Both the position numbers and the translations under genes were made by a program. The notes under the pieces are model-generated. The model searched no databases. It was not told the origin of the DNA and saw nothing but the letters and a program-made list of their open reading frames with translations. Shown here piece by piece: positions 27,317-39,604 of a DNA stretch of 64,000 nt (positions within the stretch are counted from its first letter, which is position 1; each line of letters starts with the position of its first letter). Source of the stretch: Eledone cirrhosa (Eukaryota); contig OZ024744.1 in NCBI GenBank assembly GCA_964016885.1, positions 114,266,001-114,330,000 of the forward strand, read 5' to 3'.

Positions 27317-27344
27317 TATATATATATATATATATTCATATATC

Positions 27345-27575
27345 CTCATCATCAACGTTTAATGTCTATCTTCCACATTAGCATGGGTTAGATGGGTTTT
27401 CCCCATTAGTGGCAAGTTGGGTCAGGTGACCGTGTCTCACTCATATAGGAGAGTTTCTGGTTGGTTACTATGGCTGGATGCTCCTTCCTAAAGCCAACCA
27501 CATTTACAGTGTATGCTGGGTGCTTTTTGCTGTGTCTTTTACACGACCACTTTACAGAGTGGGCTGGGTGCTTTT
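27345..27575 (-). mobile_element. SINE fragment with RTE-like (GAT)n tail
   Basis: Shares ggctggatgc(c)cttcctaa/accacatttacagtg blocks with 34045-34190, 46450-47000 and 51030-51435. Confidence 0.65.
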
Positions 27576-27618
27576 AGTCATGACACTGATATATATATAT
27601 ATATAAATGCCTACCAAC

Positions 27619-27792
27619 CTGTTTGAGTTCAATCATGTCTTCTCTGGTAAGAACAATATGAGAGCGTGTAATCATCTTTATATAAACCAGATTAAACTGG
27701 TACTGTCCAATATTGGAGCTATTCATTACTTGTTGAATATTGCTAGATACACTTGAACCAACACTATCGCTGCCCATTGTTTTGGAACTTGT
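27619..27792 (-). CDS. Receptor guanylyl cyclase exon (juxtamembrane/KHD start): TSSKTMGSDS...GQYQFNLVYIKMITRSHIVLTREDMIELKQ
   Basis: Acceptor ttctatttgcag, donor gttggt, 174 nt, phase 0/0. Ser-rich segment, then a VAIK-like VYIK and LTRxxxxELK. Confidence 0.9.
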
Positions 27793-28055
27793 CTGCAAAT
27801 AGAATATTTCTTCAGTTATCCAACAGACAATATTCACACGCGTCAAGGAAAAAAAACGGATTTCATCATTTTCAGGAAACAAACTCATCTTTTACAGACA
27901 TGAATAATACTGCAAATGTTCAGTAAAGATTCTATAAATATTTGAATTAACAAGCCACATCAAACCACATTGGCAACACCTTCTTGGAAAGTACAATCAA
28001 TCCTAGAAAATTATAAACATTTCCATTAACAAACCACATTAGGAAGTCTTTAATA

Positions 28056-28902
28056 CTACAAATGTTCACAACAATCTTTCCACTAGTAAAGATACTATAA
28101 ACATTTAGTACAAAACAACACTATGACTACATCACATTAAATATTAAAGACTTTACTGTAATACTGTAAATATTCACAACAATTTGTCCACTAGTAATGA
28201 TACTATAAACATTTAGTACAAAACAACACTATGACTACATCACATTAAATATTAAAGACTTTACTGTAATACTGTAAATATTCACAACAATTTGTCCACT
28301 AATAATGATACTATAAACATTTAGTACAAAACAACACTATGACTACATCACATTAAATATTAAAGACTTTACTGTAATACTGTAAATATTCACAACAATT
28401 TGTCCACTAGTAATGATACTATAAACATTTAGTACAAAACAACACTATGACTACATCACATTAAATATTAAAGACTTTACTGTAATACTGTAAATATTCA
28501 CAACAATTTGTCCACTAGTAATGATACTATAAACATTTAGTACAAAACAACACTATAACTACATCACATTAAATATTAAAGACTTTACTGTAATACTGTA
28601 AATATTCACAACAATTTGTCCACTAGTAATGATACTATAAACATTTAGTACAAAACAACACTATGACTACATCACATTAAATATTAAAGACTTTACTGTA
28701 ATACTGTAAATATTCACAACAATTTGTCCACTAGTAATGATACTATAAACATTTAGTACAAAACAACACTATGACATCACATTAAATATTAAAGACTTTA
28801 CTGTAATACTGTAAATATTCACAACAATTTGTCCACTAGTAATGATACTATAAACATTTAGTACAAAACAACACTATGACTACATCACATTAAATATTAA
28901 AG
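28056..28902 (+). repeat. 108-bp tandem repeat (~7.8 copies)
   Basis: tactataaacatttagtac... recurs at 28201, 28309 ... 28741 (540 = 5 x 108). Confidence 0.95.
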
Positions 28903-28905
28903 TTT

Positions 28906-29590
28906 CTAATTATTGCCACGAGGGCACAAAAGGAGGGGACAAATACAAGAGGGGGGGTTACACAAAAGAACGAGTAAAAAATAAATAACAAATATAAAAT
29001 TAACAATAAAGTCCTCAATAGGGAGGAGGCGTTTTGGGGGGTCACACACACACCCGAAAAAGTGTGCAACCCTTCTCCTCAGGAGCACAGAGAGAAGGTG
29101 CTCCCTTGTTCTTCCATCTTTTTCACCTACAGGCTGATGTAGAGTGAAGGCCCATTCACACAGGCCATTCTCGCCACTTTCACCCACCTTTCATAAAACT
29201 GGCTGGGGTGGAGCCCTTCTCTCTCCCTCCTGATCCTTCTTCCAAAATGATATCGGAAGAAAAGGACCAGTTGTTGGCCGGAGAGAAAGATGCCCGACCT
29301 CAGTCCTTTCAAACGCGGCCACCATACAACCTCTTTCACCATGGCTATTATGCACAGAAACACTGCTTCTCCTTCATTTTTGAAGGGGGGAGGTGGCTTG
29401 ATCGTTATAATGGACTCGGTGGTCAACCGGATAGGTTCCACCCGTGAGAGCAGTCGTTCGACATAGCCCCACAGATCGGCGACGCCCGGTCAGTGTACCA
29501 ATGCATGCGCGACGGTTTCCTCGTCACGCACGCATCTGGGACAGATCTTTTTCGAGGGGTCCCTACCCGGGCGCCCCTGTCTGTAGAGCT
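28906..29590 (-). mobile_element. 3' end of an L1/Tx1-clade LINE
   Basis: Minus strand reads CPRCVRDEETVAHALVH (zf-RVT-like), then ...IAMVKEVVWWPRLK...FYERW, followed by a GC-rich 3' UTR. Confidence 0.75.
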
Positions 29591-29594
29591 TTTC

Positions 29595-29923
29595 TCTACT
29601 ATAGTGTACATTAGATAATGTAGTCCTAGATACACTATGTCTGATAACCACGAATACTAACTAATATACTGTACATTAGATAATGTAGTCCTAGATATAC
29701 TATATCTGATAGCCACTAATACTAACTACTATCTATAATAGTATAAAGCTGAGTGTCGTGTGTATTATGTATGTATGTATCCTACACACCTCCCTATAGT
29801 TTCTTAGCTTTACTCTCTCCGTCGCTCTTCCCTCTCACTATAATAGATCATTCCCCCTCTCTATAATTTAACTGCCTTACTTCCTCTGTCGCTCTACACT
29901 CTCAAATATTAAAAAGCTGAGCG

Positions 29924-29974
<51 letters not shown>

Positions 29975-32535
29975 ACCCTCTTTATAATTTAACTGCTTTA
30001 CTCTCTATCTCTCTTCACTCTCTATATGACAACACTCTTTTACTTTCCGTAGCATCGTATGTATGTTTATTTCGCCAATTGCCAGATAACATCAAAACAA
30101 AACACACAGACATACACATACACATACACACATACACAAACACACACACACATATACATACTTATAAAGCTGACGGTCGTATNNNNNNNNNNNNNNNNNN
30201 NNNNNNNNNNNNNNNNNNNNNNNNNNNNNNNNNNNNNNNNNNNNNNNNNNNNNNNNNNNNNNNNNNNNNNNNNNNNNNNNNNNNNNNNNNNNNNNNNNNN
30301 NNNNNNNNNNNNNNNNNNNNNNNNNNNNNNNNNNNNNNNNNNNNNNNNNNNNNNNNNNNNNNNNNNNNNNNNNNNNNNNNNNACTAACTATTATACTGTA
30401 CATTACATAATGTAGTCCTAGATACACTATGTCTGATAGCCACTAATACTAACTACTATACTGTACATTAGATAATGTAGTCCTAGATACACTATGTCTG
30501 ATAGCCACTAATAGTAACTACTGTAATGTACATTAGATAATGTAGTCCTAGATACACTATGTCTGATAGCCACTAATACTAACTACTGTACTGTACATTA
30601 GATAATGTATTCCTAGATACAATATGTCTGATAGCAACTACTAATAACTACTGTACAGTACATTACAAAGTGTAGTCCCAGATACACTATGTCTGATAAC
30701 CACTAATACTAACTAGTGTACATTAGATAATGTAGTCCTAGATACACTATGTCTGATAGCCTCTAATACTAACTACTGTACATTAGATAATGTAGTCCAA
30801 GATACACTGTGTCTGATAGCCACTAATACTAACTACTGTACTGTACATTAGATAATGTAGTCCTAGGTACACTATGTCTGAAAGCCACTAATACTAACTA
30901 CTGTACATTAGATAATGTAGTCCTAGATACACAATGTCTGATAGCCACTAATACTAACTACTATACTGTACATTAGATAATGTAGTCCTAGTTACACTAT
31001 GTCTGATATCCACTAATGCTAACTACTATACTGTACATTGGATAATGTAGTCCTAGATACACTAAGTCTGATAGCCACTAATACTAACTACTGTACATTA
31101 GATAATGTAGTCCTAGATATACTATTTCTGATAACCACTAATACTAACTACTGTACTGTACATTAGGTAATGTAATCCTAGATACACTATGCCAGATAGC
31201 CACTAATACTAACTACTGTACATTAGATAATGTAGTCCTAGATACACTATGTCTGATAGCCACTAATACTAACTACTATACTGTACATTAGATAATGTAG
31301 TCCTAGATACACTATGTCTGATAGCCACTAATACAATCTACTGTACTGTACATTAGATAATGTAGTCCTAGATACACTATGTCTGATAGCCACTAATACT
31401 AACTACTGTACTGTACATTAGATAATGTAGTCCTAGATAGACTATGTCTGATAGCCACTAATACTAACTGCTATACTGTACATTAGATAATGTAGTCCTA
31501 GATATACTATGTCTGATAGCCACTAATACTAACTGCTATACTCTACATTAGATAATGTAGTCCTAGATATACTATGTCTGATAGCCACTAATACTAACTG
31601 CTATACTGTACATTAGATAATGTAGTCCTAGATACACTATGTCTGATAGCCACTAATACAATCTACTGTACGTTAGATAATGTAGTCCTAGGTACACTAT
31701 GTCCGATAGCCACTAATACTAACTACTATAGTGTACATTAGATAATGTAGTCCTAGATACACTATGTCTGATAGCCACTAATACTAACTACTATAGAGTA
31801 CATTAGATAATGTAGTCCTCGATATACTATGTCTGATAGCCACTAATACTAACTACTCTACTGTACATTAGATAATGTAGTCCTAGATACACTATGTCTG
31901 ATAGCCACTAATACTAACTACTCTACTGTACATTAGATAATGTAGTCCTAGATACACTATGTCTGATAGCCACTAATACTAACTACTATAGGGTACATTA
32001 GATAATGTTGTCCTAGATACACTATGTCTGATAGCCACTAATACTAACTACTATACTGTACATTAGATAATGTAGTCCTAGATATACGATGTCTGATAGC
32101 CACTAATACAATCTACTGTACAGTACATTAGATAATGTAGTCCTAGATACACTATGTCTGATAGCCACTAATAGTAACTACTGTACTGTACATTAGATAA
32201 TGTATTCCTAGATATACGATGTCTGATAGCCACTAATACAAACTACTGTACTGTACATTAGATAATGTAGTCCTAGGTACACTATGTCTGATAGCCACTA
32301 ATACAAACTACTGTACTGTACATTAGATAATGTAGTCCTAGGTACACTATGTCTGATAGCCAGTAATACTAAATACTATACTGTACATTAGATAATGTAG
32401 TCCTAGGTACACTATGTCTGATAGCCCCTAATACTAACTAGTATACTGTACATTAGATAATGTAGTCCTAGGTACACTATGTCTGATAGCCACTAATACT
32501 AACTACTGTACTGTACATTAGATAATGTAGTCCTA
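29595..32535 (+). repeat. 65/60-bp tandem array (main block 30383-32535, two copies at 29595-29740), interrupted by low-complexity DNA and an assembly gap
   Basis: Unit actaactact(gtact)gtacattagataatgtagtcctagatacactatgtctgatagccactaat. Confidence 0.92.
30183..30382. other. Assembly gap (200 N)
   Basis: Run of n characters. Confidence 1.
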
Positions 32536-32725
32536 TTGTCCTAGATACACTATGTTGGAACATAAGATATGATGGTCGTGGCTGGAACGTCTTTTACCAT
32601 AGATCTAAGCAGCTTGATAAGAACAACAGGAATAATAAATAAAAAGTCCAATATTTGAAATAACTCATTATTTGTTACTCATTGGAGTAATTTCACCTGA
32701 AATAGTTATTTACACCTGTATGTAC

Positions 32726-32816
32726 CTGACTTCCTGGAGGTTTTGATATTATTTTTACGTCATTGAAATTTAATTTCCAAGAAACCTTTGTAAGTTCTTC
32801 TTCGAAGATTTTTTTC
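32726..32816 (-). CDS. Receptor guanylyl cyclase exon (post-TM): (K)KKIFEEELTKVSWKLNFNDVKIISKPPGSQ
   Basis: Acceptor ttcaatttcag, donor gtacat, 91 nt, phase 2/0, matching both neighbours. Has the rGC ExEL...W+I.xxD+ motif. Not called in the ORF track. Confidence 0.9.
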
Positions 32817-32935
32817 CTGAAATTGAATGAAAAGAAAACTTGTATTTTATGGTGGGAGGTAAAATTAAATAAAATATGTTAACTATATATACACAATAAA
32901 TACAACATATATATATATGAAAATATGTATATATA

Positions 32936-33782
32936 CAGGGTGCGGACGATATTTGTTCGCAATTTTCAACTGCTAATTTTATGCAAATTTTTTTTACTTC
33001 CGTTGTCACTCTTGTCTTCATAAAAAAATTGATTATGAATAATTTTGAACTTCCAAATTTGTGGAAGAGACACGGAGTTCTTCTTGGAATCCGCACAAGG
33101 AGAACAAATAAGACCAGAAGATCAACTCCCAGAACAACAGGTGGCTCGCTGTCTCATCCAAAGACGTGCCCAGAGTCAAGCAGACAAAGTTTCCAGTGAC
33201 AACATTGGTCTTAGGTGTCGTCAGCAGTCAAGGTGACGTCATGCCACCTCACTTCTCCCAGCTGAACACCGATGGCTCCATCTGCATTCTGAGCGAGGTA
33301 GTAAAGCCCTGGTTTGACCAGGAAGCTGCAGGTAGCCCGTACGTGTGGCAGCAAGACTCAGCGCCCTGCCATACCAGTTGAAAGACCCAAGCCTTGCTGT
33401 TAGAGAACTTCGTTGACCACACTTCACCTGACATCTGGCCTCCCAGCTCGCCTGACTGCAATCCCCTCAACTTCTTTGTGTGGGGCACAGTGGAACGAGA
33501 CACCAACAGATCTAGCTGTAATACGAAAGACGATCTGAAGACCAGGATCACAAGTGCCTTTAGGGGCCTAAGTCGGGGGACAGTGACGAAGGCCTGTAGC
33601 CGGTTCCGAGGCCGCCTTGAGACCGTCATCAAAGCCAATGGCGGGTTTATCGAGTGAGATCGAAAGAACAAGTCATGAAGACAAACTGACCCAAGTTAGA
33701 TAAATATATCTTTAAAAATAAAACTACTGTGTTAACTTTTTGCTAGACAGTAATCTTGCGAACAAATATCGTCCGCACCCTG
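32936..33782 (+). mobile_element. Internally deleted Tc1/mariner transposon, DD37D (maT)-like, pseudogenised
   Basis: 27-bp TIRs cagggtgcggacgatatttgttcgcaa flanked by TA. Transposase remnant YVWQQDSAPCHTS*...WPPSSPDCNPLN has 37 residues between the second D and the third catalytic position (now N). Confidence 0.92.
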
Positions 33783-33913
33783 TATATATATAGTTGTTGC
33801 AAGTAAATGTGTCCGTGGGTGGGATGCCCTTTGAATACTCGATGCTCGCACAGAGCAGAGTGTATTATTATAGATAACAAGGAATCAGTAACGCATTAAA
33901 ACACAATTTATTA

Positions 33914-34003
33914 ACACATTACATGTTTCTCTGCTGATCAGCTCAAGGCAGGATCTGTTACAGATCGAGCCTGACTCTGCATTCGCAAGTTCCTCAGATA
34001 TGT
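33914..34003 (-). ncRNA. Type I hammerhead motif with extended, branched stem II (family G)
   Basis: Minus strand: acatat CTGAGGA [~60 nt with internal hairpins, e.g. gatctgt-a-acagatc] GAAA catg TA atgtgt. Confidence 0.65.
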
Positions 34004-34510
34004 CTTGCGTATTCAAAGCATTACATCTGATTCTATAATAATTCCTCATCATCATCGTTTAACGTCCATCTTCCACACTTGCATGGGTTTGGACGGGAGT
34101 TTTCCCACTTGAGGCAAGATTGGTTGTCCTGCTCGTATAGGACTGTCTGGCAGGTTTTCTACGGCTGGATGCCCTTCCTAACACCTTATTTAACTGAGAT
34201 AAAACTTATATGAGCATGAACAATAGATCATTACGCATCTTTTGGCTTAAAAATCTAGAAATTTGGTCCAGCGGGAAAAAGTTTATAATCAAAGTTTGCT
34301 GATAAATCTTGTGTTCAAGAAAGTGAGTAGTAAGCGTGACGCTAGGGGAGGTAATCCAGAAATAACGTAGCTTTGTCATTAAGCCAGTTGCCTCAACTAG
34401 ATTGCAATTATACTCAAAAGAACTTTAAAATGTCAATCACTTGTCAGTAATTCACTATGATCATTTAATTATTAGATAGTTGTTGCTTGCATTGCCTTAA
34501 AAAATAGTAG

Positions 34511-35598
34511 ACCAGATAGAAAAATGCGTACAGCAAAAAAAAAGTAATATTGTTGGAATATAAACCTTTAAAAATACAGGACAAGAAACTAAAATAAAAC
34601 TTTAAAAGAATAGGACAAGAAACTAAGATAAAACTTTAAAAGAATAGGACAAGAAACTAAGATAAAACTTTAAAGAATTGGACAAGAAATAAAAAATTTT
34701 ACAATAATATTAGTGGCAAAATTTTTTTATTCATTTCCTGTGCTATGCCCCAGTATCTTCTTGATTAGTGCATAATAATTGTCATGCTCTCATTGTGCGT
34801 TGCCCCTGAGCGGTTGGTTCTGGTTGGGGTTGGTTGGCTGAGCAGTTCTGCTCCGTCAGAATGACCATTGCAAGAAGAATTGGCCGATGCAGCTGCAGGT
34901 CTCCTCCAAGAATGCACTTCTGGTCCCGCAACACCAGACGAAGATGGAGAAGACGACCGGGACAAGATGTCGACTCTGACCACCGACTACGGCACCTCCC
35001 TCAACCACCGGTCCTCCCTCCCGTCATCCTTCCAGTCCTCCTGCTCCCCCTTCCTGTACCAGAAAGCTGTGGCACGCATTCATCTGGACTGCCGGACTTG
35101 AACTCAAGGACAAGATGCAAGGAGAAGATGGACGGGTTGGTCAAGATCAAGGATGAGCGGGACGACAAGACCGTCCGCTGCTACTCAAGATCTGTGCTCA
35201 TGGGCCCATGGGTCCATTCACATTATGCATGACACATGAGGCGTGTCGCCGAATGATGAAATAGGGGTATGGTTATGGCCCAAATGGTGTTCAAACCAGG
35301 ATCAAATGATCCCCCCGGTCTGACGACGACCTCTGAATGTGGAACCCAGAGCCTATGAATGTGGAACTCGATTTTTTACCAATAAAAATTTTGCCACTAA
35401 TATTATTGTAAAATTTTTTATTTCTTGTCCAATTCTTTAAAGTTTTATCTTAGTTTCTTGTCCTATTCTTTTAAAGTTTTATCTTAGTTTCTTGTCCTAT
35501 TCTTTTAAAGTTTTATTTTAGTTTCTTGTCCTGTATTTTTAAAGGTTTATATTCCAACAATATTACTTTTTTTTGCTGTACGCATTTTTCTATCTGGT
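34511..35598. mobile_element. Element with ~220-bp near-perfect inverted repeats (internal ~35-bp subrepeats) enclosing a GC-rich ~640-bp core
   Basis: 34511-34731 is the reverse complement of ~35381-35598. The subrepeat ggacaagaaactaagataaaactttaaa occurs 3-4 times per arm. Confidence 0.8.
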
Positions 35599-35764
35599 AT
35601 ATGTGTGTGTGTGTAAAATTCTAGGAAACCTTTTCTATGCCCTACATATATTCTTTTACATTCATTTACACACACATATATACACACACACACATGACTG
35701 ACTTCATATCATGCTCTTATTTGCTCCTTTATTTTATATATATAAATTTAAATAACTCTTATAA

Positions 35765-35950
35765 CTGTTTCTACTTTAGGCACAAGGCCAGCAATTACCC
35801 AGTGCATTACTGGTACTTTATTTTACCAACCCTGTAAGGATGAAAGGCAAAGTCAACCTCGGCGTGATTTGGACTCAGATCGTAAAGGGACGTAACTATG
35901 CTGGAAAGCATGGCGTCCGACCCTCTACCGATACTGCCAATCCACCGCCC
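35765..35950 (-). mobile_element. tRNA-derived SINE (same family as 39140-39325)
   Basis: Reverse complement of the 39140-39325 copy, with the B-box-like gagt(t/c)caaatc. Confidence 0.8.
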
Positions 35951-36136
35951 TAAATAACTCTTATAACGTGTCAAAAATTAGTTTCACTTTTGAGACCGGC
36001 CGTTTTGACGATATATCTTATGTTAACTATTTTCCCGTTTTGACGCTATAGTCACATATATGTTATGGAATACTGTTAGCTTCTCGCTACAACAATTTCT
36101 ATACTTTTCATTTATATATATATATATAATAATAAT

Positions 36137-36428
36137 AATAAATGGAAAATATCTTTATAAAACCATATTTATTTTATTATACATATTTCAAGGGTACTAA
36201 TATTTAAGTATTCTTTCCTCATTTATATTTTATCTGAGGAAAGCATACTTAAATAAATATTAGTACCCTTGAAATACGTATAATAAAACAAATATGGTTT
36301 TATAAAGATATTTTCCATTTATTAATATTCTTAATATTAATAATACTCCTGATAAAACTGTTGAGTGCTTCTAATGCGTTATAAAATAACTTTATTGAAT
36401 AATCAACAAACCATATAACTCATTGTTT
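36137..36428. mobile_element. Fold-back pLTR element (family B-related)
   Basis: Inverted arms aataaatggaaaatatctttataaaaccatattt / aaatatggttttataaagatattttccatttatt, then a tail with TTGAGTGCT. A short homologue lies at 50870-51030. Confidence 0.8.
36228..36288 (+). ncRNA. Type I hammerhead motif (family B-related)
   Basis: ttttat CTGAGGA aag...ctt GAAA tacgta TA ataaaa, with a palindromic stem III. Confidence 0.75.
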
Positions 36429-36452
36429 ATATATATATATATATATATATAT

Positions 36453-36620
36453 GAAATTGTTCAAGACCCCGACGGCAGAGCTCAAGCCGTTTCGACGAAA
36501 TGGCTTGAGCTCTGCCGTCAGGGTCTTGAACAATTTCCTATTACCCACTCTACTACTCTAAGTATTGAGTACTCTGGTGTGTTATGGTCCACCTGGTTCC
36601 TTACCACACTCCCTTCGTTA
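36453..36620 (+). mobile_element. Fold-back element (family F) carrying only the 3' half of a hammerhead
   Basis: Near-perfect hairpin 36453-36537 containing GAAA (t/c)ggc-ttgagctct-gccg TC. The tail is homologous to 27192-27275. Confidence 0.6.
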
Positions 36621-36762
36621 TATATATATATGCTGTGCTGAATAGGACCTGTCCAACCCTTGCAAGCAGGGAAAAGCGGACGTAAAATGATGATGATGAT
36701 ATATATCATTATCATCATCATCATCACCATTTAACATCTATGTTTCCATGCTAGTGTGAGTT

Positions 36763-36811
<49 letters not shown>

Positions 36812-36838
36812 GTTATGTAACAAACAACGTAAGATAAT

Positions 36839-36905
36839 TATTTCATTTACCAATGGTTTCTTGAAGACAGATGTTTATGTCTGTCTTCAGTCATCAGAAG
36901 AAATA
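36839..36905 (-). ncRNA. Hammerhead motif (family C, left arm)
   Basis: Minus strand: tatttctt CTGATGA ctgaagacaga...tctgtcttcaa GAAA cc-att-gg TA aatgaaata. Confidence 0.75.
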
Positions 36906-36923
36906 TTTATGAATATTTATAAA

Positions 36924-36990
36924 TATTTTTTCTGATGAATGAAGACAGACATAAATATCTGTCTTCAAGAAACCACTGGTAAATGAAATA
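36924..36990 (+). ncRNA. Hammerhead motif (family C, right arm)
   Basis: tatttttt CTGATGA atgaagacaga-cataaata-tctgtcttcaa GAAA cc-act-gg TA aatgaaata. Confidence 0.7.
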
Positions 36991-37084
36991 ATTATCTTAT
37001 GTTGTTTATTACATAACTAAAAAGCTCTGTAGCCTACATAGAGCACTCTCTTTTCCTTTACCTTTCCTATGGAAATACTTCATA

Positions 37085-37191
37085 TATATATATATATATA
37101 TATACTACTATATATATGTATATGTAAGGTTCATATGAATTATCTAAGACTGAGTTTTACACACACATGTATATGTGTATGTATGTGTATG

Positions 37192-37224
<33 letters not shown>

Positions 37225-37973
37225 GTGTTTGTATTTGGTTGTGCGTGTTTATATGTTCGTATTTGTATGTGTATAATTGTATAGCTATGTATGTATATGT
37301 GTGTGTGTATGTATACATATATGTGTGTGTGTGTATTTTTATATTTATGTATATATATATATATATATGTGTGTGTGTATAATTACATATACATATGTGT
37401 GTGTATAATTGTATACGTGTGCGTGTGCGTGTTTGTGCATGTATTTGTGTATATGTATGTATGTGTTTATGTATTTGTATATGTATATTTATGTGCGAGA
37501 GTGTGTGTATGTATTTACTATTCCGTACGTATGTATACGTGCATTTGTGTGTATTACTTACCACGCGTGTCTGTCCAGTTAGCTGCCTTCTGTATCGCTG
37601 TCAACATTTTTTATATATATATATATATTTTTTTTTTCTTATATTTATTTGCGTGTGTGAATATGTAGAGGAGTGCATTTATGTATGTGTATGTATGTAC
37701 GTGTGTATATATGTATGATTGTATGTATGTATGTATATGTATGTGTGTATGGCTATGTTTGTGTATGTGTATACTTGTACACATATATATATACATGTAT
37801 ATGTATGTGTGTATATATGTATGTGTGGTTGTATATATGTATGTGTATGTATGGATGTGTTGATATTTATGTGCGTATGTATATATGTGTATATGTATGT
37901 GTATGTGTGTATTTATATACACATATATGTGTGTATATATGTGTGTGTGTGTATGTATGAGTGTATGTATATG

Positions 37974-38018
<45 letters not shown>

Positions 38019-38080
38019 ATGTATGCTTTTTTTGTGTGTGAGTGTGCGTGTTTTTGTGTGTGTGTTTGCATGTGTAGTTT
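37085..38080. repeat. Degenerate (TG/TA)n low-complexity tract
   Basis: Mixed TG/TA dinucleotides. Source of many spurious Cys/Val/Tyr ORFs. Confidence 0.9.
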
Positions 38081-38179
38081 GATTTTATTTTTCCTTTCCT
38101 TCTTCCTTCTCCAGCCTCACTTTCATATAGATTGCATTTTTGTTTTTAAAATCCAAATTCAATAAACAGACCAGGATTT

Positions 38180-38239
38180 TTTCATTCTGAGGATTGAAAG
38201 CAAAACCTTTTGCTTTTAAGAAACCACTGGTAAATGGAA
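38180..38239 (+). ncRNA. Type I hammerhead ribozyme motif (family C variant)
   Basis: tttcatt CTGAGGA ttgaaagcaaaa-cc-ttttgcttttaa GAAA cc-act-gg TA aatggaa. Intact core, all stems pair. Confidence 0.85.
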
Positions 38240-39139
38240 TAATTGCCTTATGTTGTTTATTATATAACTATTAAGCTCTGTTACCTACATAGAGCACTCT
38301 TTTTTCCTGGACTTTTCCGACGGAATTACTTCATTCATACATATATATATATATATAGAAATAGAAATTAGGGAGAATCGTATTTCGGCTATTGGAAATT
38401 AGCGAAAAACAACTTCCGAGATGTGTGGCAAGCGCTCAATAGATTCTAACGAACCAGAGCTACAACATAAGTTAAAAGGCCAAACACACTGAGACGATGG
38501 TTAAACCATTATCCGCACAGCCATAGACACGACCAAGTAATTCGGGTCAAACAAATAAAAAAATATGATTTACCCGGACCCCTGGATGGTTGGTGAAAAT
38601 CCAGCATTTGGGTTTCTGTGACTCCTAAATCAAGTACTGTCCGCTTAGACAAATAATGTTAAGCTTTTGGTAAGATGATTGAATAAGGAAGTCACTTTCT
38701 CAACAGGCTTTTAATATATATATACATTACTGCACCAGCTCTAGCAATTCTTGCACTTAATTCAGCCTGCTGCCTTCTATCACTCATGAACGTGGCTTCA
38801 AAATACTTGCAAATGAATCAAATATAATTATTATTCGATATAAAACTCACGAATGCATTTATGTATCCGCTCTGTTAGAGTGAAACAGATTTTGTTTTTT
38901 GTTTTTGGCAAAGCCAGCCTTAAAATTGCTCAGTATGCAAATGAGGCTAATCAGCCGCTGTATGATTTAGAGAATACAATATATTCTCAAGAGTTCTAGT
39001 GAGTGACAGGAGAGATATACACAATCTTGACAAAGGGCAATAACTCAGAAACAATATTATCAGTTGTTTCTCTGTGCCACTGCTAGAACAACAAGATGAC
39101 AATGGTCATCTAAAACACAGCGTAATGAGGCTGTTTGCT

Positions 39140-39395
39140 TGCAGGCAGTATCGGTGGAGGGTCGGACGCCATGCTTTCCAGCATAGTTACGTCCCTTTAC
39201 GATCTGAGTTCAAATCCCGCCGAGGTTCACTTTGCCTTTCATCCTTACGGGGTCGATAAAATAAAGTACCAGTAATGCACTGGGTAATTGCTGGCCTTGT
39301 GCCTAAAGTAGAAACAATTATTATTTGATAATAATAAAGTACCAGTAATGCACTGGGTATTTGCTGGCCTTGTGCCTAAAGTAGAAACAATTATT
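39140..39395 (+). mobile_element. tRNA-derived SINE with tandemly duplicated 3' end
   Basis: B-box gagttcaaatccc. Body ...ttgcctttcatccttacggggtcgataaaataaagtaccagt.... The 3' ~65 nt are repeated at 39333-39395. A partial copy lies at 57585-57695 (-). Confidence 0.8.
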
Positions 39396-39604
39396 ATTTG
39401 ATATAAAACTCACAAATGCATTTATGTATCTGCTATGCTAGAGTGAAATGGATTTTGTTTTGATATATATAAATAATTACTGAGTTGCCTACCTGTAAAA
39501 GTTGTGCTGCCATGTATCATTGATATACAGTTGTAAGAATGTGAAAACACTCAATGTCAGGAAAACACTTTCATGAAAAACATCTTACTCTCAGATGTCA
39601 AATA

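Larger units (their letters stand above)
36809..37083. mobile_element. Fold-back hammerhead element (family C) in (TA)n
   Basis: Arms 36809-36910 and ~36918-37021 are inverted, then the tail aagctctgtagcctacatagagcactc...ggaaatacttca. Homologues at 38180-38335 and 53978-54218. Confidence 0.85.

Noticed and set aside
37069-38165. Cluster of Cys/Val/Tyr-rich or His/Thr-rich ORFs
   Set aside because: (TG/TA)n low-complexity artefacts.
38727-38810. Candidate cyclase exon (YFEATFMSDRRQQAELSARIARAGA)
   Set aside because: Resembles the LINE 'YLGS....DG....E+..RI..A' segment. The required phase-2/0 exon is at 32726-32816.
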